From NCBI GenBank assembly GCA_016214755.1, contig JACRNX010000030.1, positions 1 to 62,686 of the forward strand: a DNA stretch of 62,686 nucleotides. Reading direction: 5' to 3'. Below are positions 44,812 to 53,867 of the stretch, one piece after another. The position numbers were made by a program, and so were the translations under genes. Each line of letters opens with the position of its first letter. Position 1 is the stretch's first letter. This stretch comes from Candidatus Falkowbacteria bacterium (GTDB lineage Bacteria > Patescibacteriota > Patescibacteriia > UBA11705 > JABHMO01). Under the pieces are notes generated by a model. It ran no database searches. It saw only the letters and a list, made by a program, of their open reading frames with translations, and was not told where the DNA came from.

Positions 44812-46020
44812 ATGCCAGAAGTAAAACCAGAAATACAAACAATCGCGAAAATAAAAGTCATCGGCGTCGGCGGCTGCGGCGGCGCGGCGGTTAATCGCAT
44901 GGTAGCGGCAAAAGTTAAAGGCGTGGAATTTATCGCCATTAACACGGATTTGCAGGCCTTGCAACACAATACGGCGCCTTTGAAATTGCACATCGGCCGG
45001 AGCACGACGCGCGGTCTTGGCGCGGGCATGAATCCAGCGCTTGGCCGGAAAGCGGCGGAAGAATCGCAAAATGAAATCCGCGAAGCGTTGAAAGGCGCGG
45101 ACATGATATTTTTAACGTATGGCGGCGGCGGTGGCACGGGCGGCGGCGCGGGTCCGAAAGTGGCGGAAATCGCCCAAGAACTTGGCGCGCTCACTATTGC
45201 CATTGTCACCAAACCGTTTTCATTCGAAGGCGGCCCGCGAAAACGTTTTGCCGAAGAAAGCATCAATGAACTTAGCGCCCGCGTTGACACGTTGATAACA
45301 ATTCCGAACGACAGAATCTGGCAGATTATTGACAAAAAAACGCCATTGCTCGAAGCGTTTGGTCTTGTTGATGAAGTTCTGCGTCAGGGCGTGCAGGGGA
45401 TTTCCGAATTGATTACTTTGCCCGGACTTATTAACGTTGATTTCGCTGATGTTAAAACCATCATGGAAAAGAGCGGTTCAGCTTTGCTTGGCATGGGCGA
45501 GGCCGGCAGCGATAACCGAGCGGTGGAAGCGGCGAAAGCGGCGATTGCCAGTCCGTTGCTGGAATTATCCATCGAAGGCGCGAAAGGAATTTTGTTTACT
45601 ATTACCGGCGGGCCGAACATGACTATGTATGAAGTAAGCGAAGCGGCGAAAACAATCACCGAGTCGGTGGATAATGACGCGAAAATTATTTGGGGCGCGG
45701 TGATTGACGATTCGCTTAAAGACACGATGAAAATAACGGTTGTCGCCACTGGATTTGAAGACGCGGTCCGCGGCCATTTGCGCGGGGTCTCGTCAGCTGT
45801 CCGCGGCGCTAGCGGCATTTTCGCGCCGCCGAAACAAGCGCCAAAGCCCGATCTGCCGTCGAAATCGCCGTTTGAATATAAAAATATAAAAATTGAAGAA
45901 AATAAAAATGATGAAACCGTAAAGCCGTCGTCCACAGTGCTTACTGATATTAATGAACCGACTAGCGCTGACGACGAAGATATTGAAATCCCGCCGTTTA
46001 TTAGGAAAAAAATGATGTAG
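44812..46020 (+). CDS. ftsZ: Cell division protein FtsZ
   Basis: VIGVGGCGGAAVNRM, NTDLQAL, the tubulin signature GGGGGTGGGAGP, and the C-terminal conserved peptide DIEIPPFIRKK. Confidence 0.96.
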   Translation: MPEVKPEIQTIAKIKVIGVGGCGGAAVNRMVAAKVKGVEFIAINTDLQALQHNTAPLKLHIGRSTTRGLGAGMNPALGRKAAEESQNEIREALKGADMIFLTYGGGGGTGGGAGPKVAEIAQELGALTIAIVTKPFSFEGGPRKRFAEESINELSARVDTLITIPNDRIWQIIDKKTPLLEAFGLVDEVLRQGVQGISELITLPGLINVDFADVKTIMEKSGSALLGMGEAGSDNRAVEAAKAAIASPLLELSIEGAKGILFTITGGPNMTMYEVSEAAKTITESVDNDAKIIWGAVIDDSLKDTMKITVVATGFEDAVRGHLRGVSSAVRGASGIFAPPKQAPKPDLPSKSPFEYKNIKIEENKNDETVKPSSTVLTDINEPTSADDEDIEIPPFIRKKMM

Positions 46021-46237
46021 TTTTACAAATTCGAAATCCGAAATCCTAATTTCTAAACAAATCCGAAATCAGAAATTCGAAATCTTAAACAAATTTGAAA
46101 ATTACAATTTTCCAAATTACTTTTTTATGTTTAGAATTTAAAACATTGGAAAATTAGAGCTTGTTTAGAATTTAGAAATTCGGACTTATAATTTTCAAAT
46201 AGGAGGCGGGTTATCCGTCTCTTTTGTTAAATAGCGT

Positions 46238-46924
46238 ATGGACTACAAAGGATTGTTATTTCTTGACATTGACGGTACGTTTTTCCGCTGGTCGCTGTTT
46301 TTATATATGGTTGACGCGCTGATTGACGAGGGCGTGTTCAACAAAGTTATCCGCCGGCACTTTGCCGCGGAAGAAAGAAAATGGCGGGAGCGGCAGGGGA
46401 GTTATGATGAATATTTGAGCCGGGTGATTGAGATATTCGAGGCGCGGATTGAAGGCGTCCAAACAGCGGATTTTGAAGCGATTGCGCGAGAGATGGTTGA
46501 AAAATACAAAAATCAAGTTTATCGTTTCACTCGCGATTTAGTTAAAGAAAAAATTAGGGAGGGCTGGTACATCGCCGCCATAAGTTGTTCTCCCGAGGAG
46601 GCCGTCAAACCATTCGCCATCGCTTGGGGAATCCACGAGGCGCGGGCGGCGGAAATCGAAAAAGTCAACGGCCGATACACCGGCATGCGCCACGTGCCGC
46701 GCGACAAAGCTAAAATCGCGCGCGAAATAATGAGCCGGCCGGAATTTCAGGAAATACCAGCGGAAAATATCTGGGGCGTGGGCGACAGCGAAAGCGACAT
46801 CAATTTTTTGGAAATCGTCGGCCATCCGATTTGTTTTAATCCCACTTTGCAGTTATACGAGGAAGCCAAGCGACGGCGATGGCAAGTGGTGGTGGAGAGG
46901 AAGAACGTCATTTATAGAATCTAG
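46238..46924 (+). CDS. HAD-superfamily hydrolase (SerB-like subfamily IB)
   Basis: LFLDIDGTF (motif I), ISCSPEE (motif II region), GVGDSESD (motif IV). Confidence 0.8.
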   Translation: MDYKGLLFLDIDGTFFRWSLFLYMVDALIDEGVFNKVIRRHFAAEERKWRERQGSYDEYLSRVIEIFEARIEGVQTADFEAIAREMVEKYKNQVYRFTRDLVKEKIREGWYIAAISCSPEEAVKPFAIAWGIHEARAAEIEKVNGRYTGMRHVPRDKAKIAREIMSRPEFQEIPAENIWGVGDSESDINFLEIVGHPICFNPTLQLYEEAKRRRWQVVVERKNVIYRI

Positions 46925-47038
46925 AAAATAGAAAATAGAATTTAGAAAATAAAATTGTTATCCACAGGCTAGACAAGAAAAAATATCGGCGCGAAAAATT
47001 CAATCAATTTAGACGAAAACTTGACGCCGCTTTAAATT

Positions 47039-47132
47039 TTGAAGCGGTTTTGTTATTGATGTATAATGTTAATTGAAGACAACAGTGGAGAACGTTTAAA
47101 AGAGACAAAAAGGCGAACGCTGTTGTTTTTTT
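47039..47132 (+). promoter_or_regulatory. nrdD promoter (TTGAAG-17 nt-TATAAT) followed by a terminator-like leader hairpin
   Basis: -35 at 47039-47044 and -10 at 47062-47067. Stem ACAACAG(79-85)/CTGTTGT(120-126) is followed by T6. About 130 nt more of leader precede the ATG at 47261. Confidence 0.45.
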
Positions 47133-47260
47133 ATTCGGTTGTAAAACGACCTTTCGTCTCTTCGCAGAACGTGGAGCCACTTAGAATGACGAAAAGAACG
47201 CTATGGCCATATGAAATTTAATTGGAATTTGTAATTTGGTACTTGGAACTTTATTAAATT

Positions 47261-49327
47261 ATGGTTTACGCGGCAAATAAAATCATCCAAATTCACAAGC
47301 GCGACGGCAGTATCGTTGAATTTGACCAAGCGAAAATTTCCAGCGCCATTTTCAAAGCCATGCGCGCCTGCGGCGAGCCGGACGCGGAGAAAGCCGAGCA
47401 GTTGTCGGACGTTATTGTCGAAAAACTGAACAAAAAATTCCATCAGCGGTCCATTCCGGCAGTAGAGGAAATCCAGGACATTGTCGAGGAGGTTTTGATT
47501 GAAAGCCGGCTGATTAAAGTCGCCAAATCGTATATCATCTATCGCGACCAGCACGCTAAGATGCGCGACATTCAATCCATGATCAATTCCGACGAATTGA
47601 TGGATAACTATCTGAAGCAATTGGACTGGAAGGTTAAAGAAAACAGCAACATGGATTATTCATTGCAGGGGCTGAATAACTACGTGGCGTCGAATTTGAG
47701 CACGAATTATTGGTTGAACAAGATTTATTCGCCGGATATCAAACAGGCGCATCTTTCCGGCGATTTTCATCTGCATGATTTACAGCTCTTGGCGCCGTAT
47801 TGCTGCGGCTGGGATTTCAAGGATTTGTTGTTGCGCGGATTTGGGGGAGTGCGCGGCAAAGTCGAGAGCAAGCCGCCGAAACATTTGATGACCGCTTTAA
47901 GTCAGTTAGTTAATTTTTTCTATACTTTGCAGGGCGAAGCGGCCGGCGCGCAGGCCGTGTCGAATTTGGATACTTATCTCGCGCCGTTCATTCGCGCCGA
48001 CGAGCTGGATTTCAAAGGGGTAAAACAGCAGGTTCAGATGTTTCTGTTCAACATGAACGTGCCGACGCGGGTGGGGTTTCAATCGCCTTTTACCAATGTT
48101 ACTTTGGACTTGTTTCCGCCGGCCGACGTGGCGGAGGAGGCGGCGATCGTGGGCGGCGAGCCGCAGGCGGAAAAGTACGGCGATTTTCAGAAAGAAATGG
48201 ACATGTTCAACCAAGCGTTCATTGAAATAATGATGGAAGGCGACCGCAAAGGCCGAGTGCTGAGTTGGCCGATTCCGACGTACAATATCGCGAAAAATTG
48301 GGATTGGGATTCAGCGATAATCAGTCGGATTATGGAAATGACCGCCAAATACGGCATTCCGTATTTTTCCAATTTCGTGAACAGCGACATGCGGCCGGAA
48401 GACGCGCGCAGCATGTGCTGCCGCCTGCGGCTCGACAACCGCGAATTGCGCAAGCGCGGCGGCGGTTTGTTCGGCGCCAATCCATTGACTGGCTCAATTG
48501 GTGTAGTGACCATTAATATGGCCCGGCTGGGGTATTTGGCGAAAACAAAAGAAGAATTTTTTGAACGATTGGCCGGACTGATGGATTTAGCCAAAACCAG
48601 TTTGAAGATTAAGCGCAACGCCCTGGAGAAATTCACTGACGGCGGATTGTATCCGTATTCACGGCACTATTTAAGCGGAATAAAAGAACGTTTCGACGAA
48701 TATTGGAAAAATCATTTTAACACCATTGGTTTGAACGGCGTTAATGAGGCCTGCTTGAATCTGCTTGGCGTTGAACACAGCATCGCTTCAGTTGAAGGCC
48801 GTAAATTCGCCGGTCAGGTTTTGGATTTTATGCGCGAGCGCATGATGGATTATCAAAATGAAACGAACGAGCTGTTTAATCTGGAAGCAACGCCGGCCGA
48901 AGGGACGTCTTACCGTTTCGCCCGGCTTGATAAGGAAAAATTTTCCGATATAATCGTCGCCAACGAGCAGGCCTGGCAAGAAAAAAAAGCGGCGCCGTAT
49001 TACACCAATTCAACGCATTTGCCGGTCGGTTACACGGATGATATTTTCGAGGCATTGCGCTTACAAGATGATTTACAGACGAAGTACACTGGCGGCACCG
49101 TCTTGCATGGTTTTATCGGGGAAAAACTGCCGTCAGCGGACAGCACGAAATTGCTGGTGAAAAAAATCGCGGAAAATTTTCATTTGCCGTATTTCACCAT
49201 CACGCCGACTTTCAGCGTCTGCCCGATTCACGGCTATCTCGAAGGCGAGCACGAGTATTGCCCTTTCTGCGATGAAGAAATGGGCTACGCGGAAGAAGCG
49301 GCGAAATTGGAAAAATTAGGTAATTAA
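47261..49327 (+). CDS. nrdD: Anaerobic ribonucleoside-triphosphate reductase, large N-terminal piece (lacks the glycyl-radical loop)
   Basis: ATP-cone (IHKRDGSIVEFDQAKISSAIFKA) and a class III RNR core. It ends after the zinc ribbon CPIHG..x..CPFC, and no RVxGY motif occurs before the stop. Confidence 0.9.
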   Translation: MVYAANKIIQIHKRDGSIVEFDQAKISSAIFKAMRACGEPDAEKAEQLSDVIVEKLNKKFHQRSIPAVEEIQDIVEEVLIESRLIKVAKSYIIYRDQHAKMRDIQSMINSDELMDNYLKQLDWKVKENSNMDYSLQGLNNYVASNLSTNYWLNKIYSPDIKQAHLSGDFHLHDLQLLAPYCCGWDFKDLLLRGFGGVRGKVESKPPKHLMTALSQLVNFFYTLQGEAAGAQAVSNLDTYLAPFIRADELDFKGVKQQVQMFLFNMNVPTRVGFQSPFTNVTLDLFPPADVAEEAAIVGGEPQAEKYGDFQKEMDMFNQAFIEIMMEGDRKGRVLSWPIPTYNIAKNWDWDSAIISRIMEMTAKYGIPYFSNFVNSDMRPEDARSMCCRLRLDNRELRKRGGGLFGANPLTGSIGVVTINMARLGYLAKTKEEFFERLAGLMDLAKTSLKIKRNALEKFTDGGLYPYSRHYLSGIKERFDEYWKNHFNTIGLNGVNEACLNLLGVEHSIASVEGRKFAGQVLDFMRERMMDYQNETNELFNLEATPAEGTSYRFARLDKEKFSDIIVANEQAWQEKKAAPYYTNSTHLPVGYTDDIFEALRLQDDLQTKYTGGTVLHGFIGEKLPSADSTKLLVKKIAENFHLPYFTITPTFSVCPIHGYLEGEHEYCPFCDEEMGYAEEAAKLEKLGN

Positions 49328-49534
49328 GAAATTAAGAAAACAAGAAATTAAGAAATTAAGTAATTGGTAATTTGGAAATTAAAAATTAAAAATGAAAAAC
49401 GAAAAGGATAAAGGAAAAACCGATATTTTAGGCGCGAGTGTTTTAACTGTTAATGACAAAAAGAGCGTTTTAAGTTTTTAATTTCCCTTTTTACTTTTTC
49501 ATTTTCAACTTTTAATTTAAAGGAACAACATCTT
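49328..49534 (+). repeat. 207-nt intervening cassette in nrdD: internally deleted four-helix-bundle gene (mini-ORF 49392..49481) between inverted word arms
   Basis: The mini-ORF MKNEKDKGKTDILGASVLTVNDKKSVLSF matches the N- and C-termini of 25868..26245 (MENEKEKFKT / NILGASILTVKGKRKF). The arms AATTAAAAATTAAAAATGAAAAACGAAAAGG and CCCTTTTTACTTTTTCATTTTCAACTTTTAATT are inverted. Confidence 0.75.
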
Positions 49535-49681
49535 ATGACCTTGCAAAAAATCGAGCGGCAAAAATGTGAAATCTATTCGCGCGTGGTCGGCTACTTAAGC
49601 CCGATCCATCGTTGGAATGACGGCAAAAAAGCGGAATTTGGCGATCGAAAAACGTATGATAAGATGCTTAGTAAGAATTAA
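49535..49681 (+). CDS. nrdD: NrdD C-terminal glycyl-radical fragment (48 aa, separate ORF)
   Basis: MTLQKIERQKCEIYSRVVGYLSPIHRWNDGKKAEFGDRKTY.. carries the class III RNR glycyl-radical signature R-V-x-G-Y...W-N-x-G-K..E. AAGGA lies 10 nt upstream. Same frame as 47261..49327. Absent from the ORF track (<60 aa). Confidence 0.75.
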   Translation: MTLQKIERQKCEIYSRVVGYLSPIHRWNDGKKAEFGDRKTYDKMLSKN

Positions 49682-49764
49682 GAGGAGGTTATTAGTGAGT
49701 AGTGAGTAGTTGGTAGTGGGTAGTGTTTTGATATAATTACCACCTACAACCTACCACCTACAAT

Positions 49765-50451
49765 ATGCTGATTGGCGGACTGCAGAAAACAACCTTGCTT
49801 GATTATCCGAACAAAGTGGCAGCGACGGTTTTCACCATTGGGTGCAACTTTCGCTGCTCTTTTTGTCATAATCCGGATATTGTTAAAGGCATTACCCGAG
49901 TGATTCCCGTGCCCCGCGTTTTGCGTTTTTTGCAGAATCGCAAGAAATTGCTCGACGCGGTTTGCCTTTCCGGCGGCGAGCCGACTATCCAGCGCGGCCT
50001 CGTCTCGTTTATCAAAAAAATTAAAGCCCTCGGCTATTTGGTGAAATTGGACACTAACGGCGCGCGGCCGGACGTGATTGAAAAATTGCTGGCGGAAAAA
50101 TTAGTTGATTATATCGCCATGGACATCAAGGCCAAATGGGAGGATTATCAAAAAGTCACTTGCCGGATTTGGGATTTGGACGCGGTGAAAAAAAGCGCTA
50201 TAATGTTAATGAAAAGCGAAATTCCTTATGAATTCCGCTCCACGGTTTTGCCCGTGCTCCACCGCGAGGCGGATCTGCTGGCGATAGCCGAGCAAATCAA
50301 GGGCGCGGCGCGATATTATCTTCAGCCGTTTAAAAGCGAAAGCAAACTGGTCAATGATAATTTCGTCGGCGAAAAAACGTATTCCAAAAAGCAGTTGAAC
50401 GATTTCATTTCGAAAATTAAAGGATGGTTTTCCGTCTGCGAAGTGCGGTGA
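49765..50451 (+). CDS. nrdG: Anaerobic ribonucleotide reductase activating protein (radical SAM)
   Basis: CNFRCSFCHN CxxxCxxC cluster motif, LSGGEPT, and its position after nrdD. Confidence 0.9.
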   Translation: MLIGGLQKTTLLDYPNKVAATVFTIGCNFRCSFCHNPDIVKGITRVIPVPRVLRFLQNRKKLLDAVCLSGGEPTIQRGLVSFIKKIKALGYLVKLDTNGARPDVIEKLLAEKLVDYIAMDIKAKWEDYQKVTCRIWDLDAVKKSAIMLMKSEIPYEFRSTVLPVLHREADLLAIAEQIKGAARYYLQPFKSESKLVNDNFVGEKTYSKKQLNDFISKIKGWFSVCEVR

Positions 50452-50570
50452 AAAAATATGGATTACGGATTATGTACGGATATACGGATTACGGATTTGT
50501 CCAAATGTACGGATTAACATACATACGAAAAAACGAAACAGGTTGTAGGTTGTAGGTGATAGGGGGTAAT

Positions 50571-50681
50571 GAGTAGTTTTATAGAGACGACAAAAATTGG
50601 AACTGTGAAGTGAGCTGTCTTGGAAGGGTTCCTTTTTACGTCAAAAAATCTCTACAACCTACTCACTACAACCTACAACCT
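50571..50681 (+). repeat. 111-nt repeat, copy 2
   Basis: See 42099..42209. Here both flanks (GGTTGTAGGTTGTAGG.. / ..CTACAACCTACAACC) form an additional closing stem. Confidence 0.8.
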
Positions 50682-50689
50682 AACAAAAT

Positions 50690-51028
50690 ATGGACGAACT
50701 AAAATCATTAATTTCCAGAAATCTGCGCGAAACCGAAGAAGTTAAAGCAGCGGTAAAAAAAATTCAACGTTATGTTTTATGGCAGCAGATTTTTAGCTGG
50801 ATAAAACTAGTAATTATCGTCGTGCCGATTGTGCTGGCAGTTATTTACGGCATGCCGCTTTTCAAGCAGGCGATCAGCGCGTACCAAGGATTAATGGGCA
50901 AGGTTGATGCGATAAAAGGCGTTAATAATGGTCCGGCCGGCATCATGAAGATTTTTGAAGAATTGGAAAAGGGCGGACTAAAAAATGGAACATTAAACGA
51001 AGCGGAGATAGAAAAATTTTTAAAATGA
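50690..51028 (+). CDS. Hypothetical small membrane protein
   Basis: 112 aa, with one central TM helix (IFSWIKLVIIVVPIVLAVIYGM) and amphipathic flanks. No family recognised. Confidence 0.6.
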   Translation: MDELKSLISRNLRETEEVKAAVKKIQRYVLWQQIFSWIKLVIIVVPIVLAVIYGMPLFKQAISAYQGLMGKVDAIKGVNNGPAGIMKIFEELEKGGLKNGTLNEAEIEKFLK

Positions 51029-51033
51029 TTTGC

Positions 51034-51196
51034 AGACCTTTTGCAAAATAACTTTTTCTACTGCAAATTCCAAATTTCGGCTGCAAATTGTTCAGGGCTC
51101 CTCACATTATACGTTGTATAGTGTTTCGTCGCCCATTCACAATTTTCGCTCGAAATTTGTAATTCTCGTTGCGAAAAATTATTTCGCAAAAGGTCT
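51034..51196. repeat. 163-bp long palindrome with 18-bp arms (AGACCTTTTGCAAAATAA / TTATTTCGCAAAAGGTCT, 1 mismatch)
   Basis: Arms at 51034-51051 and 51179-51196. The interior is built of TGCAAA/TTTCGC-type words, the same architecture as 14947..15128. Confidence 0.7.
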
Positions 51197-51234
51197 TGTT
51201 GACACGGCGAAAGGGCGGTGTTTTAATTTTAAAT

Positions 51235-51376
51235 ATACGGATTACGGATTATGTACGGATATACGGATTATTTGAGACAGGAAAATTAAATTTTATTTGT
51301 AGCATTTGTAGTGGTGAGCTTGCCCTGAGCTTGCCTGCGGTGAGCTTGTCGAACCCGTCGAAGGGTAATTTGTAGC
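51235..51376 (-). repeat. Inverted copy of the 6335..6484 composite repeat
   Basis: Its reverse complement aligns with 6335..6484 over about 140 nt with few differences. Confidence 0.8.
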
Positions 51377-51428
51377 CGCTATTGATTCTTATTTCTATAA
51401 TTTTATACTTTTTATATTTTTATATCCT

Positions 51429-52652
51429 ATGTGTGACAAAAATTCACGCGGCTATTTGGCCGTTGTCATCATCGTCAGCTTGATCGTCGGCGGGTTCGCC
51501 GGCGCCTTTGGTTCTTTTTTCATCGCGCCGTCTTTGGAAAAAACAAATTGGGGCAAGCAGTTTTTAGGGACAAACGCGCCGGAGCAATCCGTCAATCAAA
51601 AAAAAGTCATCAGCGTTGAAGAAAATTCAGCGACGATTGAGGCGGTGAAAAAGGTCTCGCCGTCTGTCGTCAGCGTCGTCGTCACTAAAGAATTGGAAAG
51701 TTTTTACAATTTGACCGGGCCGGATGTTTTTAATTTTTGGAATTTCGGAACGCAAATCCCTCAAGGCAATGGCAAAAAAGAGAAAAAAGAAATCGGCGGC
51801 GGCACGGGCTTTGTCATCGGCGCCGACGGTTTGATTTTGACCAACAAGCACGTGGTAGCCGATGAGCAGGCGGAATATTCCGTTCTTTTCAGCGACGGAA
51901 AAAGATACGAGGCGAAGGTGCTTGGTCGCGACACTGTTTATGACGTCGCGGTTTTGAAAATTGACGCGAAAAATCTGGCGGTCGCGGAAATCGGCGATTC
52001 GGATAAAATTGAAATCGGGCAAACGGTCATCGCCATCGGCAACGCGTTGTCCGAATATTCCAATTCAGTGACTCGCGGCGTGGTGTCAGGCATCAATCGG
52101 AAAGTTATTGCCGGCGACAGCGGCGGCGGCTCGGAAGTTATTCAAGGAGCGATCCAAACCGACGCGGCGATTAATCCAGGCAATTCCGGCGGCCCGCTTT
52201 TGAATCTGGCCGGCCAGGTCATCGGCGTTAACACTGCGGTCAACTGGCAGGGGCAATCGCTCGGTTTCGCCATCCCGATCAATCAAGCCAAAAGCGTGAT
52301 CGAGAGCGTCAAGCAATTCGGAAAAATCGTGCGGCCGTGGCTCGGCGTTCGCTATATCCAGTTAAACGAAGAAATCGCCAAAGCCAATAATTTGAAATAC
52401 AATTACGGGGCCATGGTTCTGCAAGGCCAGAATAAAACCGAACCAGCGGTGGTGGCGGCTAGTCCGGCGGAAAAAGCGGGCATTAAGGAGAATGACATTA
52501 TTTTGGAAGTCAATGGTGAAAAATTGGACGATGATTCGTCATTAGTCCAAGAGATTTCCAAATACAAGCCGGGCAATGTGATAATTTTGCAAGTCGCGCG
52601 CGAGGATAAAGTTATGGAAATAAAGGTGAAGTTGGAGGAGAGGCGGGAATAG
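51429..52652 (+). CDS. htrA: HtrA/DegP-family serine protease with PDZ domain
   Basis: N-terminal TM helix, GGGTGFVIGADGLILTNKHVV (His), a DVAVLK (Asp) region, GNSGGPLLN (Ser), and a C-terminal PDZ domain (..GAMVLQ..SPAEKAGIKENDIILEVNG..). Confidence 0.9.
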   Translation: MCDKNSRGYLAVVIIVSLIVGGFAGAFGSFFIAPSLEKTNWGKQFLGTNAPEQSVNQKKVISVEENSATIEAVKKVSPSVVSVVVTKELESFYNLTGPDVFNFWNFGTQIPQGNGKKEKKEIGGGTGFVIGADGLILTNKHVVADEQAEYSVLFSDGKRYEAKVLGRDTVYDVAVLKIDAKNLAVAEIGDSDKIEIGQTVIAIGNALSEYSNSVTRGVVSGINRKVIAGDSGGGSEVIQGAIQTDAAINPGNSGGPLLNLAGQVIGVNTAVNWQGQSLGFAIPINQAKSVIESVKQFGKIVRPWLGVRYIQLNEEIAKANNLKYNYGAMVLQGQNKTEPAVVAASPAEKAGIKENDIILEVNGEKLDDDSSLVQEISKYKPGNVIILQVAREDKVMEIKVKLEERRE

Positions 52653-52702
52653 GGCAAATAGAGCAAATAGGACATATAAGACAAATAGGACATATATTAA
52701 CC

Positions 52703-53806
52703 ATGCAAGACAGTTTTGAAAAAATGACCGAACTTAAAGAACGCATTCAGCGAGCTTGCGCGATTATTCGAATTGACGAGAAAAAGAAAAAAATCATTGA
52801 ATTGCAGCACCAGATGTCGCGGCCGGATTTTTGGCGTGAGCAAGAACAAGCGAAAAAGACCAGCCGGCTGGCGTGCGATTTGGAGGAAGAAGTCGCGGCT
52901 TGGGAAGGGCTCGGACAGCGCATTGACGATTTGCGCGCGTTGATTGAGATGGGAGAAGGAAACGAATCGTCCAACTTGCGGGTAGACGCGGAACAGGAAT
53001 TGGCGCTAGTGGAAAAAGAATTGAATAAAATGGAATTCGCTTTGCTTTTTGCCGGAAAATACGATCATTGCGACAGCGTGGTGAGCATTCGCGCCGGCGC
53101 CGGCGGCACGGACGCGCAGGACTGGGCGGAAATGCTTTTGCGGATGTACCTTCGTTTTTGCGAAAGCCAAAAGTGGCAGACGAAAATCGTGGAAATTTCA
53201 GCGGGCGGGGAAGCGGGAATAAAAAGCGTTTTGTTCGAAGTGCGCGGCCGGAACAGTTACGGCTATTTAAAAGCCGAGCACGGTGTTCATCGCTTGGTTC
53301 GCATTTCGCCGTTTGACGCGGAGAAAATGCGGCACACTTCGTTCGCTTTGGTGGAAGTTCTGCCGCTGTTGGAAGAAGCGGGAGAAATTGAAATAAAACC
53401 GGATGAACTTCGGATTGACACTTATCGGGCGGGCGGGCACGGCGGACAGGGAGTCAATAAAACCGATTCCGCGGTCCGGATAGTCCATCTAGCGACGAAG
53501 ATTACAGTTACCTGCCAGAACGAACGTTCCCAGCAGCAGAATCGTGAAACAGCGCTTAAAATTCTGCGGGCAAAACTCCAGCAATATCATGAAGCGAAGG
53601 AAGAGGAGGAACGGATGCGGTTGCGCGGCGAATACACGGAAGCGGCTTGGGGCAATCAAATCCGTTCTTATGTTTTGCATCCGTATAAAATGGTAAAAGA
53701 CCATCGGACGGAAATGGAAACAAGCGACGTGGAAAGAGTTCTCGACGGCGATTTAATTTTGTTTATGGAGGCGTATTTAAGAATGAAGGTTGGAAATAGG
53801 TTGTAG
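52703..53806 (+). CDS. prfB: Peptide chain release factor 2 (single ORF, no programmed frameshift)
   Basis: SPF tripeptide (VRISPFD) and GGQ (AGGHGGQGVNKTDSAVRI). The full-length 367 aa lie in one frame. Confidence 0.93.
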   Translation: MQDSFEKMTELKERIQRACAIIRIDEKKKKIIELQHQMSRPDFWREQEQAKKTSRLACDLEEEVAAWEGLGQRIDDLRALIEMGEGNESSNLRVDAEQELALVEKELNKMEFALLFAGKYDHCDSVVSIRAGAGGTDAQDWAEMLLRMYLRFCESQKWQTKIVEISAGGEAGIKSVLFEVRGRNSYGYLKAEHGVHRLVRISPFDAEKMRHTSFALVEVLPLLEEAGEIEIKPDELRIDTYRAGGHGGQGVNKTDSAVRIVHLATKITVTCQNERSQQQNRETALKILRAKLQQYHEAKEEEERMRLRGEYTEAAWGNQIRSYVLHPYKMVKDHRTEMETSDVERVLDGDLILFMEAYLRMKVGNRL

Positions 53807-53867
53807 TGAGTAGTGGGTAGTGTTTTGATATAACTACCACCTACCACCTACCACCTACCACCTAATT

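Noticed and set aside
49328-49534. A self-splicing group I or II intron, or an intein, as the explanation for the split nrdD.
   Set aside because: The gap is only 207 nt, contains stop codons (so it is not an intein), and shows no recognisable intron core. It is explained by the deleted four-helix-bundle cassette. RNA-level removal is still listed as something to test.
52703-52800. The programmed +1 frameshift site usually found early in prfB.
   Set aside because: The whole 367-aa RF2 is read in a single frame from 52703, and there is no in-frame UGA with a CUU-UGA context near codon 25.
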